NCBI GenBank assembly: GCA_964106645.2 | Contig: OZ067038.1 | DNA: 64,000 bases | Strand: one strand, 5' to 3' | Source: Podarcis pityusensis | Lineage: Eukaryota | Part shown: one piece after another, positions 46,100 through 58,714 of the stretch | How the letters are laid out: every line of letters starts with the position of its first letter | Position numbering within the stretch: the first letter of the stretch is position 1 | Notes under the pieces: generated by a model | The model's database searches: none | What the model was told of the DNA's origin: nothing | Seen by the model: only the letters and a program-made list of their open reading frames with translations | Made by a program: the position numbers and the translations under genes

Positions 46100-47025
46100 G
46101 GATTGCAAATACCAGCTCCTCTGCTATGGGTCTGCTTCCTGTGGGGGCAGGTTGTAAGCAACAATACCACACCCTCCTGTTGAGGTTTCCCATTGGGCAC
46201 TGTCTCCTCCTGAGTTACCTCCTCCCTCAGTTGCCCACAACCCTCCCCAGCCTCAGCTAAAACTATCCGCTCTGCTGCGTTCATCCCAGGGATCATTCCT
46301 CCTGTGGTCACTGCTGTGGATACACAATACGACGGTCTGTCCCTTATGGCGGAGTTATTGTTTCCAGCCTTCATGTCATATTTGCAGATATCTTTGTAAT
46401 GGTTGGTCTGCCAACAGGCCTAGTGCCTGAAGCCAACTTTAAAGCACATCTTTAGGGGTCCTGTCATCTGTGTACATGACCAAGCCAGTGTAGACGTCTC
46501 TGAGACAGAAGTGTGAACATGTTGGGAATGAGGGCTTGGGACAGCACATCTTTGTGCTGTCCTGCCATGTGATGCCCAAAATCTTCCTGATGCAGTGCCT
46601 ATGGAAGGCACTGAAGGCATCGCTCCTGGTGGGTGTAAGTTGCCCACAACTCACTGTTGGGATATTTCCGTTCCACCTTAAAAGGCAGCAGGATGTTTGT
46701 GTCACAGCCTGCGTATTTCCTGTTCACAGGATGTTTCTGTTGTGTCTATGGTTTCGTTTTCTCTCTGTGCCTGAGACACCGAAGCAGGCAGTCATGTTTT
46801 CTTTGTTCTGACCAACGCTGAATAAAATTGTAAATAATGCTCTCCTGCGTGCATCTTTCGCTGTGTGAATTCTGCTGATAGAGCGTGCATGAGCTCTGGA
46901 ATGTGGCAAGCTAATTGCTGATACTGTATCTACGGGAGATCGATGGACGTCCGGAGGCGAGGTGGGGTCATGATGGACTTTGTCTCCCTGGCAGTATCCC
47001 AACACTCACTTCCATAAAACAAACA
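46100..47025 (-). mobile_element. RTE-clade LINE 3' fragment, interrupted by the solo LTR
   Basis: After removing the LTR it reads FYGSELWATYTHQER...CIRKILGITWQD...PKDVL...GTRPVGRP...YKDICK...MKAG, typical of the RTE ORF C-terminus. Confidence 0.8.
46655..47004 (+). mobile_element. Solo LTR (350 bp) inserted in an RTE LINE
   Basis: 10-bp terminal inverted repeat TGTTGGGATA...TATCCCAACA, 5-bp TSD CTCAC on both sides, AATAAA at 46821. Confidence 0.85.
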
Positions 47026-48907
47026 CCACCAAAATTAGCACATCTAGCTAAGCAATGGCTCACCAATGATTACAAATATTTTAGTTCAAAAATCACCTGC
47101 CTTTTAGCCAATTAATTAAATGTATTAACAAACTTACAAGATGTATGTTTTGCATTTTTACAAAACTTCAACCTAAGTGCCTTTTGAGAATATATGAGAT
47201 AGCTCTTGTATATTCATTTGTGCAAGAAAGGTGTGAAAATAAACAAATCAACTGAGGAGTTGTAATTAATTAACTACAATTAATTAATTCTTGATTGCCA
47301 GCCTTGGGACTGCGGCAGACAGGTGTGTGCGATAACCATTTCGTCTACTACCAAGGTCCCAAAGAAAATTGTCTCCTATGGCAACAGTAAGGCCTGAAAT
47401 GAGAGCTCATATAGGAACATGCATTAAAGGGGGGGGGGAGGAATTATTCTTTTCCCCTTTGAAAAAATAATAAATACCTCTATGAATTTTTTTTTATATT
47501 ATTATTAAGAAAAACTTCAAGTAATTCAGGGCCATCATTATTTTTTCATTCTCTGCCGAGGGGCCACATTGGAATAAAATGCTTACTCAAGAAATAAGCA
47601 AAGGTACTCTTAATTCAGCAAATCAAAATTTGCCCTCACTGATTAAACTGGCCCTTACCTATGGAAGTTTTACTTGATTCTTCTATAAAAACTTGTATCC
47701 TGGGTTAAATAACAACAGCTAGATCATACCAGCAAACTCATGGATTTATTTATTTTTTAAAGAAAGTTTTACTGGAAATGATACTCTGGACTGTCACATA
47801 AAGTAAAATGGTGCACATTTCATGACTGTGATGGCTGCTGGAATGCTGGAAAACACTTCCGCACCATGAATAATCACAGATGCTTATTGAGCACAATGAA
47901 AAATATCCCCACTTTCCCTTATCTACATAAGAAAAATGATAGAGAGGAGCAAAGAGAGGAGCAACTCAAGAGGAAGAAAGATCCATTATTCTATAAACTG
48001 GCACCCAGCCTAAAGGAAGCTGAAATGACTACTTCACTGTGAGCTGTTCTTTACAGAGGCAGTTATTTCTGAAAGAATCTAAGTTGCCCTAGATAGTTTT
48101 GACAGATGACAGGAAACTAAATCCAAATGAGATGCCAGTTACAAAGAGATAAACACGAGAGCCACTGTTGGACAATTATTGGACTCTCCATTCAGAGACA
48201 GCAAGATCCCAGAGGATGCAATTGGCAGGGGGAATATCAAAGCGGCAGGATGAGCTGGGAAGGTCTCCCAGAGATTCGCAACCTGATTTGAAAGAATTTG
48301 GACTCTTGCCCACTAAAGCTCATGCCACACTGAGCTAGTTAGTCTTTGAGGTGCCAAAGAGTGCTTCATCCCAAGAAGGGGGTCACTTGTATCCCTTCCT
48401 TCTGCCACAAAATAACTCCACTAGCTCCTTCTCCAGCAGCACAAAACTTGAGCCATCAGAAAGGGCAGGAATAGAAGAGACTGATAGCAAGAGTGTTTCA
48501 CTCTCATGTTCTACTTCAACTTATGTACTTTGAACTAATGTTGGAAATTCATTAGCAGACTGTGGAAGCCATTTCAGAGTGAAATACATAGGAGGACACA
48601 AATTCACAATGCATAAACCACGAAATGCCACTGAGCATACTTAAGCCTTTGGGCGCAGGTAGAGCAGTTATCCAGATCCTAGTCAAAAGATTACTTCTGC
48701 AGGTTAGTTTGCCTGTCTTTAGATGCTAGGTGACAGCATATCCTACCATCTGCTGGGCCATTCTCCATGGAGAAAGCCTTTTTAACAATGGAAAATCAAA
48801 TGGTAGTCAGGAACTAGTAACTACTGTAAGAAGAAATTGTGTGTGTGTTTCAAGCTACAATCCTAAACACACTTATTAAAAATAAGCCCCATTTAATTAT
48901 CTAATTA

Positions 48908-49166
48908 CCGTATTTTTTGCTCTATAAGACTCACTTTTTCCCTCCTAAAAAGTAAGGGGAAATGTGTGTGCGTCTTATGGAGCGAATGCAGGCTGCGCAG
49001 CTATCCCAGAAGCCAGAACAGCAGGAGGGATTGCTGCTTTCACTGTGCAGCGATCCCTCTTGCTGTTCTGGCTTCTGAGATTCAGAATATTTTTTTTCTT
49101 GTTTTCCTCCTCCAAAAACTAGGTGCGTCTTGTGGTCTGGTGCGTCTTATAGAGCGAAAAATACGG
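48908..49166. mobile_element. Tc1/pogo-type MITE, family A (short form)
   Basis: TA TSD and the same TIRs; central ~30-bp stem hairpin. Confidence 0.88.
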
Positions 49167-49506
49167 TACTACTTTTGAGTAAGTGAGCATAGGCCTGCAC
49201 TTTTAAAATCAAGCTTTCACTTTTGAAAAAGCTCTTTAGAGCAATTCTCACTCTCCTGGTGTACCAAGATTTGCTCTATATAAAGCAAATCAACAAATGT
49301 ATTATAGTAGTAAAAGCAACTAAAACAAACTTTAAGTACCTACTTAAAATGTTTTCTTGTGGGCAAGCCTATCTAGATACATAATACTTGCATGTTTTGA
49401 TTTCTTCACTGTTAATTTTAATGTTTTTAATGATAATTTTAATATTTCTTGTAAACGCCTCAGAGGTTTTATTACAATCAAGTGGTATGTTAATTTTGGT
49501 TAAACC

Positions 49507-49734
49507 CAGGGCATTTTTGCTAGAAAAAAGAGGTGCTGGAACTTGTTGACCTTTTTTTAGGTCAACCCAGTGAAAGCTGTTAGCTGTTGAGCTTTTCTTA
49601 GGGGAACTTTTCTTCTTTGCCCTCTCGCCCCACCAATGGCCGCTGCACAGCACCAATCGCTGCGCTGCCCACAGCCGCCCGCAGTGCAATGTACAGAAGC
49701 GCCAGAACTCAATCCCGGCTGAAAAAAAGCCCTG
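49507..49734. mobile_element. hAT-type MITE
   Basis: CAGGGCATTTTT...AAAAAAGCCCTG TIRs with a perfect 8-bp TSD GTTAAACC. Confidence 0.85.
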
Positions 49735-52700
49735 GTTAAACCAATAAACATCTTTAGTTTCCACAACCTTACAGAATCAGAAAAAAATTAACCCAAGGTG
49801 GTAAGATAACTAGCTACACAGTCGATCCAGATCACCTGCTCAAAGCAAAATCCAACTGCATTTTAGCCATACAGAACTGGTACCACATTGTGTTTAATAC
49901 TTAGGAGCTGGGTCAGATGGCCTCAGTTCATATCTTGTCCCTGCTAGGAACACAAGGGGCAGCCTTAGATCCCACCTCTAGTGATGAATACTAAAGCTCC
50001 CTTTCCGTCAATGTGAATAACAAAATTAAACAAAACAGGGTTCTGACATTATAAGGATCATATTGCTTATAAAATGGTACCCGTTAAGCAAATAAATTGA
50101 TACTTGTCATACGTGTTCTATGGGATGACAAATGCGCCAAATTCCAAACTGATCCATTATAAACTGCAGCAGGTACAGTCATTTAAGTGCTGAAGACTGA
50201 GATACCTGACCCTTTTTATTCTGTTTTTTTATATAATCATATCACATATTTCTTTTCAATTTTGATGAAAATTACTGCATGCGCAATTTAAATTTTGAAG
50301 TGAGAATTCCGCCAGGACTCCAATATATGCAGAGGGAGCCACCTAGTGGATGCTATGTGCAATGCCTAACCCCTTACTTACAGAATATGACAATGCGGCG
50401 CAGTGATTAGTTCAGTGGTTCACCAAACTGTTGGGGCCAGTGAGTACATTGGGAAACTTGAGAAACGGATGTGAGCCCTGCCTCCCATCCCCACAACCAC
50501 ATGCACTCACATGCACCACAACAACCACATCCACTCACTGGAATAATATGCACACACATTTAACAAAACCTAGCATTTGAATAAACTTCTCTGTAAAAAA
50601 CAGAAAAATTCAATTCCCAACAAGCCTGCTTTAGTGGCATCTCATGTTGGCACACGTTCCATAAAACCAGGAAAATGCAAGCTAAGGCTGATGATCAGTA
50701 ATCATGTTGCGCTAGGTCAAAAATTATGCTTGCTCTCAACTTGTACCTCCATGCACTCCCATATTTATTCAGGCCCAAGTCCACATGGTGAGGATGATGT
50801 CCCTGAGACCAGTAAATATGACCCACATTGCCTTATATGAAGGAGCTAGGCCTTACTGTACTATAACATGAACTGACCCATTACCAGTAGCTTAAACTAG
50901 TGGGGATTTTAATCATTGAAAATGAAGCAGAGCTGTCTGCACATGACCATCTCTGTCATCAGTGATATCATATGCTCTGTTCAAAGAGGTATGCATTGAA
51001 CTTGGACCATCACATTCCAAGACGGCATCCCAAATCACTGCTGTATGGAGAAAGAGTTGCCTTTTCCCTGGCAACACGACAAAAGTTCAACTGATCGTGA
51101 GCTGGAGGGGCAGAATTCAAGCTGAATGACACTGCACAAAGGAAAGAAAGTCACACCCAGATTCATATACTTTGGACAGTCTTTTCTAGCTTAAGAGGTG
51201 GTCTGCACCTTCAGGAAAATTGTGTGCTGGAAGCAGGAGCAACCAGTGCATTGGGGCTGTGCCACGCAGCTGTCCTACTGACATCAGTGCCAGCGCCATT
51301 TATTTGGATGGCAAAAGGTGCCAGCAATGTGCAGGCACATTGGTGGGAGTGCAGAATGGACTCCGCCAGTTCACCTGCACAGGCCCAGCATCAACACTGC
51401 CCTGCTCCATTCCAGTAAGCATTTGAGATGCCAGTGTCAGGAGGGCCGCACGGCCCCACTGTGCACCTGGGAGGGGGCGTGATATCAGAATACTACCCAA
51501 CTTGTAAAAAGAAACCTATTTCTCCCTGCATAAAGAAAACCAGGGGATCAGGGAACAGGCTGGACTAGAATCCTGATCTGTTAGCGCTCTGCAGGAATGT
51601 TTTTTTTTCTTAATTAGGTGACGGTGTAACATTCTTCTTTTCTCTTTCTTGCTTTTGGAAGTAACAGTAACAATGTCAATCTACAGCATGGAGACTCCTT
51701 AGGAAGACGAGGGAAGAACTGGAAAAATGTGTTCTCCCCCTCCAGTTTGAAGCACATTTCTAATCCATAAAAGGAAGACACATACCAGTACAACAAGTCA
51801 TTTCCCTCTTCCCCTCTTCTTGTGAAAACTTACTGTAGTCCTTTGCAAGACCATGAGGATAAGCCCTGTCTTAGGCAGGGCTCAAGCTGTTTAGGGCTCT
51901 TTAGATCAAAGCTAACCCTCTAAATTATGCACAGACGGTAACAGCAGAGAAACAGTGCGGGGACTGGGGCAGTGGTGCAATGTGCTCTCAGGATTTAACA
52001 CTATCTGCAGCCTCTAAGCAGTTGCCAAGGGCAGTCTGAAGTTATGCTCATTCTGCTTTACAGATCAAAACTTTTGGGGAGGGGTTGGTTTGGGGGAGGG
52101 GAAGTTGCTTAAAATATTTTTAATAGTCTCAAAAACGGGATGTTGAGCTTTCCTGCACATACCCATTATATTCTGTGAACTTACCCTTCATTCTCTCACA
52201 CCCAGCTCATGTCACAGCTTGCAATTAACTGATACTACATAGCTCAAGTGCACTGAAGCTTACATTACAATCCTCCTTTCTTTATAGTCTCCCCTCAGAC
52301 TATAATGTTATGACAGGCAGATTTCTGAATTAGCAGGGAATGGGTGAATTCCTTTCTGTAAATATTAAAACCTCATAGCTGTACTCATAGATGTGCTCCT
52401 GCAGATTTCAGCAACAGATGTACCCAGCAGAATTACAAATGGATAGGTAAGCAAAATGTTCTGGCGATAGAAAAGGAAATTTTGCAAGGAAGGCTTACCG
52501 ATCTGGCTGGTTTAAGCACAGCAGGAAAAAAACAGTTTTACTTTTACAAAGCAGGACAGAACTTAATATGTTAAAAACACCCAGGCTCTGCTTTGTATAA
52601 TAAAACCCTTGGTGTGTTTTAAAAACATCTGCAATTCTATGCATAGCTATAATTCTTTTTTCTTCTTTTTTATTATCCCAAGTATTCATGCTCAGTAAGA

Positions 52701-53087
52701 TGTGCATACATATTGTGTTGTATTCTGAAATCACTCTTCAATAGTCATCTTCCGCTAACCTGGCCCAGTCTTACTGTTTCATTTTATTGCACCAGGCACA
52801 TGACTCTGTGATTCAGAGTTGTGGAGGGGGAAAACAAAGGAGTGTAACGTCCCTGTAGTAAGGAGGAGCCTGACTGGAAAAGAAAATTTATTCAGTTTGT
52901 ACATAAAGATCCTGGTAATAACTAACAATGGGAGGAACATGCAGAAAAATACATGGCCATTACTTTGCGGTCTGGGCAAATTACTGTGTTCCGTAAAACT
53001 TGCCCGAGATTGGCAAAGTTCCTGCAAGTCTGAATTTCAAAGATCAGACAAGGGTCTTTGTTTATTAATGTTGCTGGACTGGTTTTG

Positions 53088-53089
<2 letters not shown>

Positions 53090-53121
<32 letters not shown>
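53090..53121. repeat. (GT)n microsatellite
   Basis: Seen directly. Confidence 0.9.
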
Positions 53122-53125
<4 letters not shown>

Positions 53126-53566
53126 GCAAGTGTACAGAGAATATTCAGACTGAAACACAAACATTCACCCTAGTTCCTGTTCACTGAAATTTCTAGAGTG
53201 GCTTATGGAAATATTACCAGCTGCGTCTCTTGCTACAAGCTGGTACTGTGTATAAGCTTCACTGAAATTAAATAGTTTGCTCATAATTTGTATCCGTAAC
53301 CTGATCTTTTTTTCTTTTCTTTTTTTAAAGACTCAATCCTAATTATATGCCAAGAGAAGATAAACTCTTCCATCTGTCCAGGATAGCTGTTTGAGACAAC
53401 AGAGCATATCTAATGCATCACATTTCTTGGGTAATCTAATTAGTAGTTTTTGAATTGGATTCAGACTTTGACTTTGGAGTCCTTCACATACAGCTTGAAT
53501 TCTGATGAAATTCTACAGCTCTTTAGGCCCAATTCATACAATCAGTATGGGCAAGCACTGAAATAG

Positions 53567-53740
53567 CATAGGAAGCTGCCTTATAGCATTTGCCTAATGC
53601 AGCATTAGCTACATGGATTGGCAGTGGCTTCCCCAGATTTCAGAGGTGTCTTCCAGCCCTATCTGGAGAGGCCAAGGACTGAACCTGGGACCTTCTACAT
53701 GTGAAACAGAAGCTCTTCCACTGAGCTACAGCCTTTCCCC
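53567..53740 (-). mobile_element. tRNA-derived SINE (same family as 7121-8210)
   Basis: Head GTAGCTCAGTGGAAGAGC...GGTCCCAGGTTCAGTCC (A/B boxes) and GCAGCTTCCTATG tail. Confidence 0.75.
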
Positions 53741-55550
53741 TAAAGTGGAAGAGATGTGAAGAGAGACATAGAAGAAAGGAATGGTGGAAGAGAGATGTGA
53801 GCTCTCCCCACCACGACGCAGATAGCCTGCCATGTGAGCCAAGACCTGCACAGTACTGGCCAGTTGTGAAAAAGCTCCTGTTCTGATTACTGCTTACACA
53901 TACACCATTATTTTAAGAGCACATTACCTACTCGCATGGGACGTTACCTGCACGAGGGAGGGGAGGACCAGGGCTTTTCTTACTTGGCACTGTTTTAGCA
54001 CTAGCCTCCAGTAAATGTATGAAGCGGAGCTCTGTCATTTCCCAGAAATCTGTATATGGGAAATAACACCCTTTAGAGAGGTTTTCAAGACTTGTATCAA
54101 TTAAGCACATTTCTGGCACTTTCTTAATGGCATACTTTCCCTGGAGTCAAAAGCTGCTCCAAAATCTGAGGTCATCTGTTTAATATAAAAGCATAGGTTA
54201 TGGAACAACAATTTCAGGTTTCATCAGCCAAGTCCCCGTGGCTTTGAAGAAAAAACAACCTAATAAATTTGCTGTCTTATGAACAAGATAAATTAATTAT
54301 TATGCTCCTTTTAAAACGGTTTCAAATTTCATCCAGGATTTTCCTCTATTGCTCCTATTTTTATTTTAAATCCATCACTGCTCATTAAGTTTTCAACTTT
54401 CTTGTTTGACTTTGTTGCTTGCTGTTCTTGCCTACCAAACATCTGGAGCGGATTTTGTCAGCTGGGTTTAAAGGAAGAACTGTAAATGATGCAATAATTT
54501 TAAAAATTAAAGTTATTTATAGCAAGGCTGAAGCCAGAATTGTGTTTTAAATGGTTGAAGTTTCAGTTGGTGGGTCTCTAGGAATGTGTAGTGCATGGTC
54601 TTTTGCTGCTGTTTTCTTAAGAATTCCCTGGGTGGGATTATGTAATTCCCCATCTTCTATAGGAACCCTTTCGTTCTGCATGTCCTGTGCCTGAAGCAAT
54701 TTTACTATATCATATGTGAAATGTTTTCTGTTGGATTTTTTTCTCTTGTAAGACAAGTCCAGGAATACATTTTGGATTGTTAGCATCAGGATTCATGGAT
54801 TTAATTCCCAACTCTGCTTTTAAACAAGCATGGTACCAAGGGGATGTGGTATACGCTGTGTAATTTTAGCTCTACTAATTAGATGATGCAGGACTCTTGG
54901 ACAAGCTGCCCATCAAAATGCTGATGGCGCCTAACCCTTTATAGTTTATCTGAAACTAGGTCTTGTGATCTTGGTGCTTACTCATTGTATGCTTGGCTAC
55001 AATGACGGATTATTGGATATAGACAAATGTATGGAAGCTAAATGCAAACATAAATGAAGTAAAGATGGTTGCCATGCCTTGTAACTGGAAGAGAGGTGAA
55101 GAGGTACCTACTATGGGTGAGTCTGAGTGCCCCCTAATCACTGAGGTTCACAGACTGGATCCAGCACTACGTCTGAAACACGGTAAAGAATGCTTTTCAG
55201 CAACTTCAGAGTTAGAAGGCTTTTAACCGTTTCTTCCTGATTCAGGTCTGATGACTGCCATGTATGCCTTTTAAACACCAAATTAAAATGCTCTAATGGA
55301 GCATTGGTACACAGCTGCAGCTAGGGAAGAAAGCTATGACTCACCATCGCCTGACGGTTCCTGGAAGGCTATCACCAGAGTGCATGGGGGACTGTGTTTA
55401 TCCATGCGATAAAACATCTTTTATCTATTAAGCACACATCAGTTTGAGCTTTGCAAGCCTCAAATCAAATTTTGGGGGTGGGGAGCTGATTCAAGTACAA
55501 ACAGGACATAAGGATTGCCTTGCTGAATCAGAATAAGGACCTATTAAGTA

Positions 55551-55776
55551 CAGTGGTACCTCGGGTTACATACGCTTCAGGTTACACACTCCGCTAACCC
55601 AGAAATAGTGCTTCAGGTTAAGAACTTTGCTTCAGGATAAGAACAGAAATCGGGCTCCAGCGGCGCGGCGGCAGCAGGAGGCCCTATTAACTAAAGTGGT
55701 GCTTCAGGTTAAGCACAGTTTCAGGTTAAGAACGAACCTCCGGAATGAATTAAGTACTTAACCCGAGGTACCACTG
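55551..55776. mobile_element. MITE family B (226 bp), inverted relative to the 28542 copy
   Basis: TA TSD, CAGTGGTACCTCGGGTTA / TAACCCGAGGTACCACTG TIRs. Confidence 0.9.
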
Positions 55777-58131
55777 TACAGCATATTCTTATTCCAGCAA
55801 GACTTTTTTCTTCTTTTCATTCTTTTTTATTTAAACTTTTAACTTAAACATGTTCAAAACAATACAAGAATGAAGCAGCACAAATCAGCAATCGTACAAT
55901 ATATAGTACTACCCAAGAGGATAATGTGAACAAATCACAGACAAGTAATCACAATGAAAGGAAGTAGGAAGTGTCCTGACCTGTGTACCGGCAATGGGTA
56001 GGGTTGGGGAATACAGCAAGCATACATGCATTCATACCATAACAATATACAGAATGAATAGAACTACAAAGACTTCCAAATAAAATCATATTTCAGTGGA
56101 ATGTGCCAACCATGTGTTTGCTTTGTCATATATGTCATGAAGAGCCACCAGGTGGCCTGTCCTTCAACAGGTTCCTTGGCAGCTTATAAAAAGTTAGTAT
56201 TAAAAGCTTTCATAGCATGCACACTAATTAAATCAAATCTCAAGTTTCACTTCTGTTTTTCATAACACTGTTTTAAGTAGCAGTTACAGGACCATGTTCA
56301 ATACACGGACAAACTTATAGAAGGAACAATGGGTAATTCATTAATTGGCAGTGTTGAGGCTACAGCATGTTCTAAGAAGAGTTGCAACCTGCTTCCATCT
56401 TTTTCAGTCCAAAAAAGCTGAAACCATTGACAGATGCCTTGAATAATGTGGGAGCACCACCTTCTCCACTGAAGGCCAAGCTGTCTAGAGAGTGACTCCA
56501 TGAACTCCAAAAACATTTGGACTTAATTCCTTCTTGTCACACATCTCTACATTCTTAATGGCGTGTTTCTAGGTATGCATATGTAAGACTTATTTGAAAT
56601 GAGATCGTCTCCTGGATATCCAGTGTATCTATAGACCTTCAATTACTGTTAATTGTTAATTACTGTTTTTCCATCTAATGCATCAGCATAAATCCCTACT
56701 AACATTAAAGCAGTTGAATTGTAGGGGGAAACAAATTATAGATACTGGGTGGCTGTACAGTGCTGCAGCAAAATGAAATCCAATACCCCATCCATTAGCA
56801 GAAACAGAGTGTTGTCAGTTTAGACTACTCAAAGTGATAACCAAAACCAGATATTTATTACCACTCCAATGCATTTAATCTCATGAAACTAATTCCAGTG
56901 GATTTGTGGCTACAAAGGCTGTCTAATCATTTATGACTTGTTTAAAACTTTCTAGCAAAATTGGATATTTGATAAATTATGAATCTTTTAGAGCATACCC
57001 CCAATGACGCACAGAGGCTATTGCTATCATCAAAAGAAGCTTGCAATTGATTTGAAGACTTTGTGCCTATAACAATGAAGAGAAAAACTCAGCAACTGTC
57101 AAAATGTGATTATTCCCTCAAGTACATACAAGTTTCTAACACGCTGGAACACGTTATGCTTGAGATGCTTGTTTAAAGAACTGATCACAACCAAGCAAAT
57201 GCTCAGTTCTTTGTGCTCAGCACTTTTGTTAAGCTTAGTACATGTCACCGTAGCTCAGGGATGTAGAATTCAAGTGTGAACAATTTTTTTACTAACACGT
57301 GAGGGTTGTGTTACTATTTTTACCAAAGAAAAGTCTTTTTCTTTCAGTTTTTTTATTTCTTTAAACCATTCTGTTAGTCCCCTTTTCTCTCAGCACCCCA
57401 CAACATAATATATCTTCTCTCTGCATACCCTGCCTCCTTTTCTCACTGCACCTTACAGTGTGCATGCTCTCCCTCACTGCTTTTTGCAGTAATGGGGAAA
57501 TGCACTAGAATGTATGGGATAACAACTTATTGATGCAGTGCTATGTAGCCTCCCTGTAAACAAATCAGAATGGATGCTCAATAGAGTTGAAGTCTTTTAA
57601 CCTTGCTGCAAACTTTTTGCAAAAAAATCAGGATGAATACTCAATCAGGTCACTGGAAGTGACATTTTTATACAACCCTCCCCCCCAACCGAAAGAAAGG
57701 GTGTGTGTTACCCATGCCTTTTTTATAGTTTGCTTATCCACAGGTCTCTCTACAGCTGCATTCATATTATTCCCCTCTTTTTCTCCTTCCTTTTGTTGAT
57801 TTCATTCTCTCTCTGTGTGTGTTTCTTTCCCTTCCTTCCACACACCCCCAATCTCCACTCTTGCTGGAGTTCAACAGCACCAGCACATGCTACTAGCGAG
57901 TCATACAATGAAGCAGCGTGTCTTGGGTTCAGCTGACCATTTCAGTGATCTGCTGCCTGATTTTCACAGCAGGGACAGAAGAGAGCTTAAAGATAATAAA
58001 TGCCTAGTTTCCTCCCTATCCAGTAAGGCTAGAGTATGTTTCTGGATGTAAAATAAGAAAGTAGTTCTGGTTGCACTTTGCCATGTTGTGAACTGCACGG
58101 GACTTATATGGGAGGAAGGATAGCAAAGAAA

Positions 58132-58180
58132 CACTACCACCACCACCATTAATACTACTACTACTACTACTACTACTACT
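58132..58180. repeat. (ACC)n/(ACT)n microsatellite
   Basis: Seen directly. Confidence 0.85.
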
Positions 58181-58570
58181 AATATGCTGCAATTAAGGGG
58201 TGGTTTTTTGTTGGTTTCTTTGGCTGGTGATATGTTTTGGTGCACCACTGCCACAGCCTCTTATCTTAATTAGCTCAGCTCCAAGGCGCAAAAACTCATC
58301 CAATGCAGGGTCCTCACAGAAAGGACGTAAAAGCTACTAAAGTGGAAACAGCAGAAGCTATACATTGACCTGAACACAGAAGTTCAAGAAGCAATTTGTC
58401 CCAAACTAACTCTAGTCTATTTAACAGCCCGGATTCCTGTGCCAAAACAAGCCTTGTTGAATTCAGTGAATCACTGAGGTTCACTTATCAAAGAACTAAA
58501 AGAGATGTGTAGCTATAATACCACCAGGTAAAGTTCTTGAGACCAAAAGAGAATGATTTATAGGCCCCGG

Positions 58571-58714
58571 CAGTGCTTTTTTTCTGGGGGTACTCAAGTG
58601 TACGCAGTACCAGAACAATTTTTCCTAGAAGAAAAGCGCTGGTTAAATGTGTGGCACTAACTGTAACAACTTCCTGTGAGTACAGGCGCCTTTTTTTCTA
58701 GAAGAAAAGCAATG
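58571..58714. mobile_element. hAT-type MITE
   Basis: CAGTGCTTTT...AAAAGCAATG TIRs; 8-bp TSD GGCCCCGG / GGCCCAGG (7 of 8 match). Confidence 0.7.
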
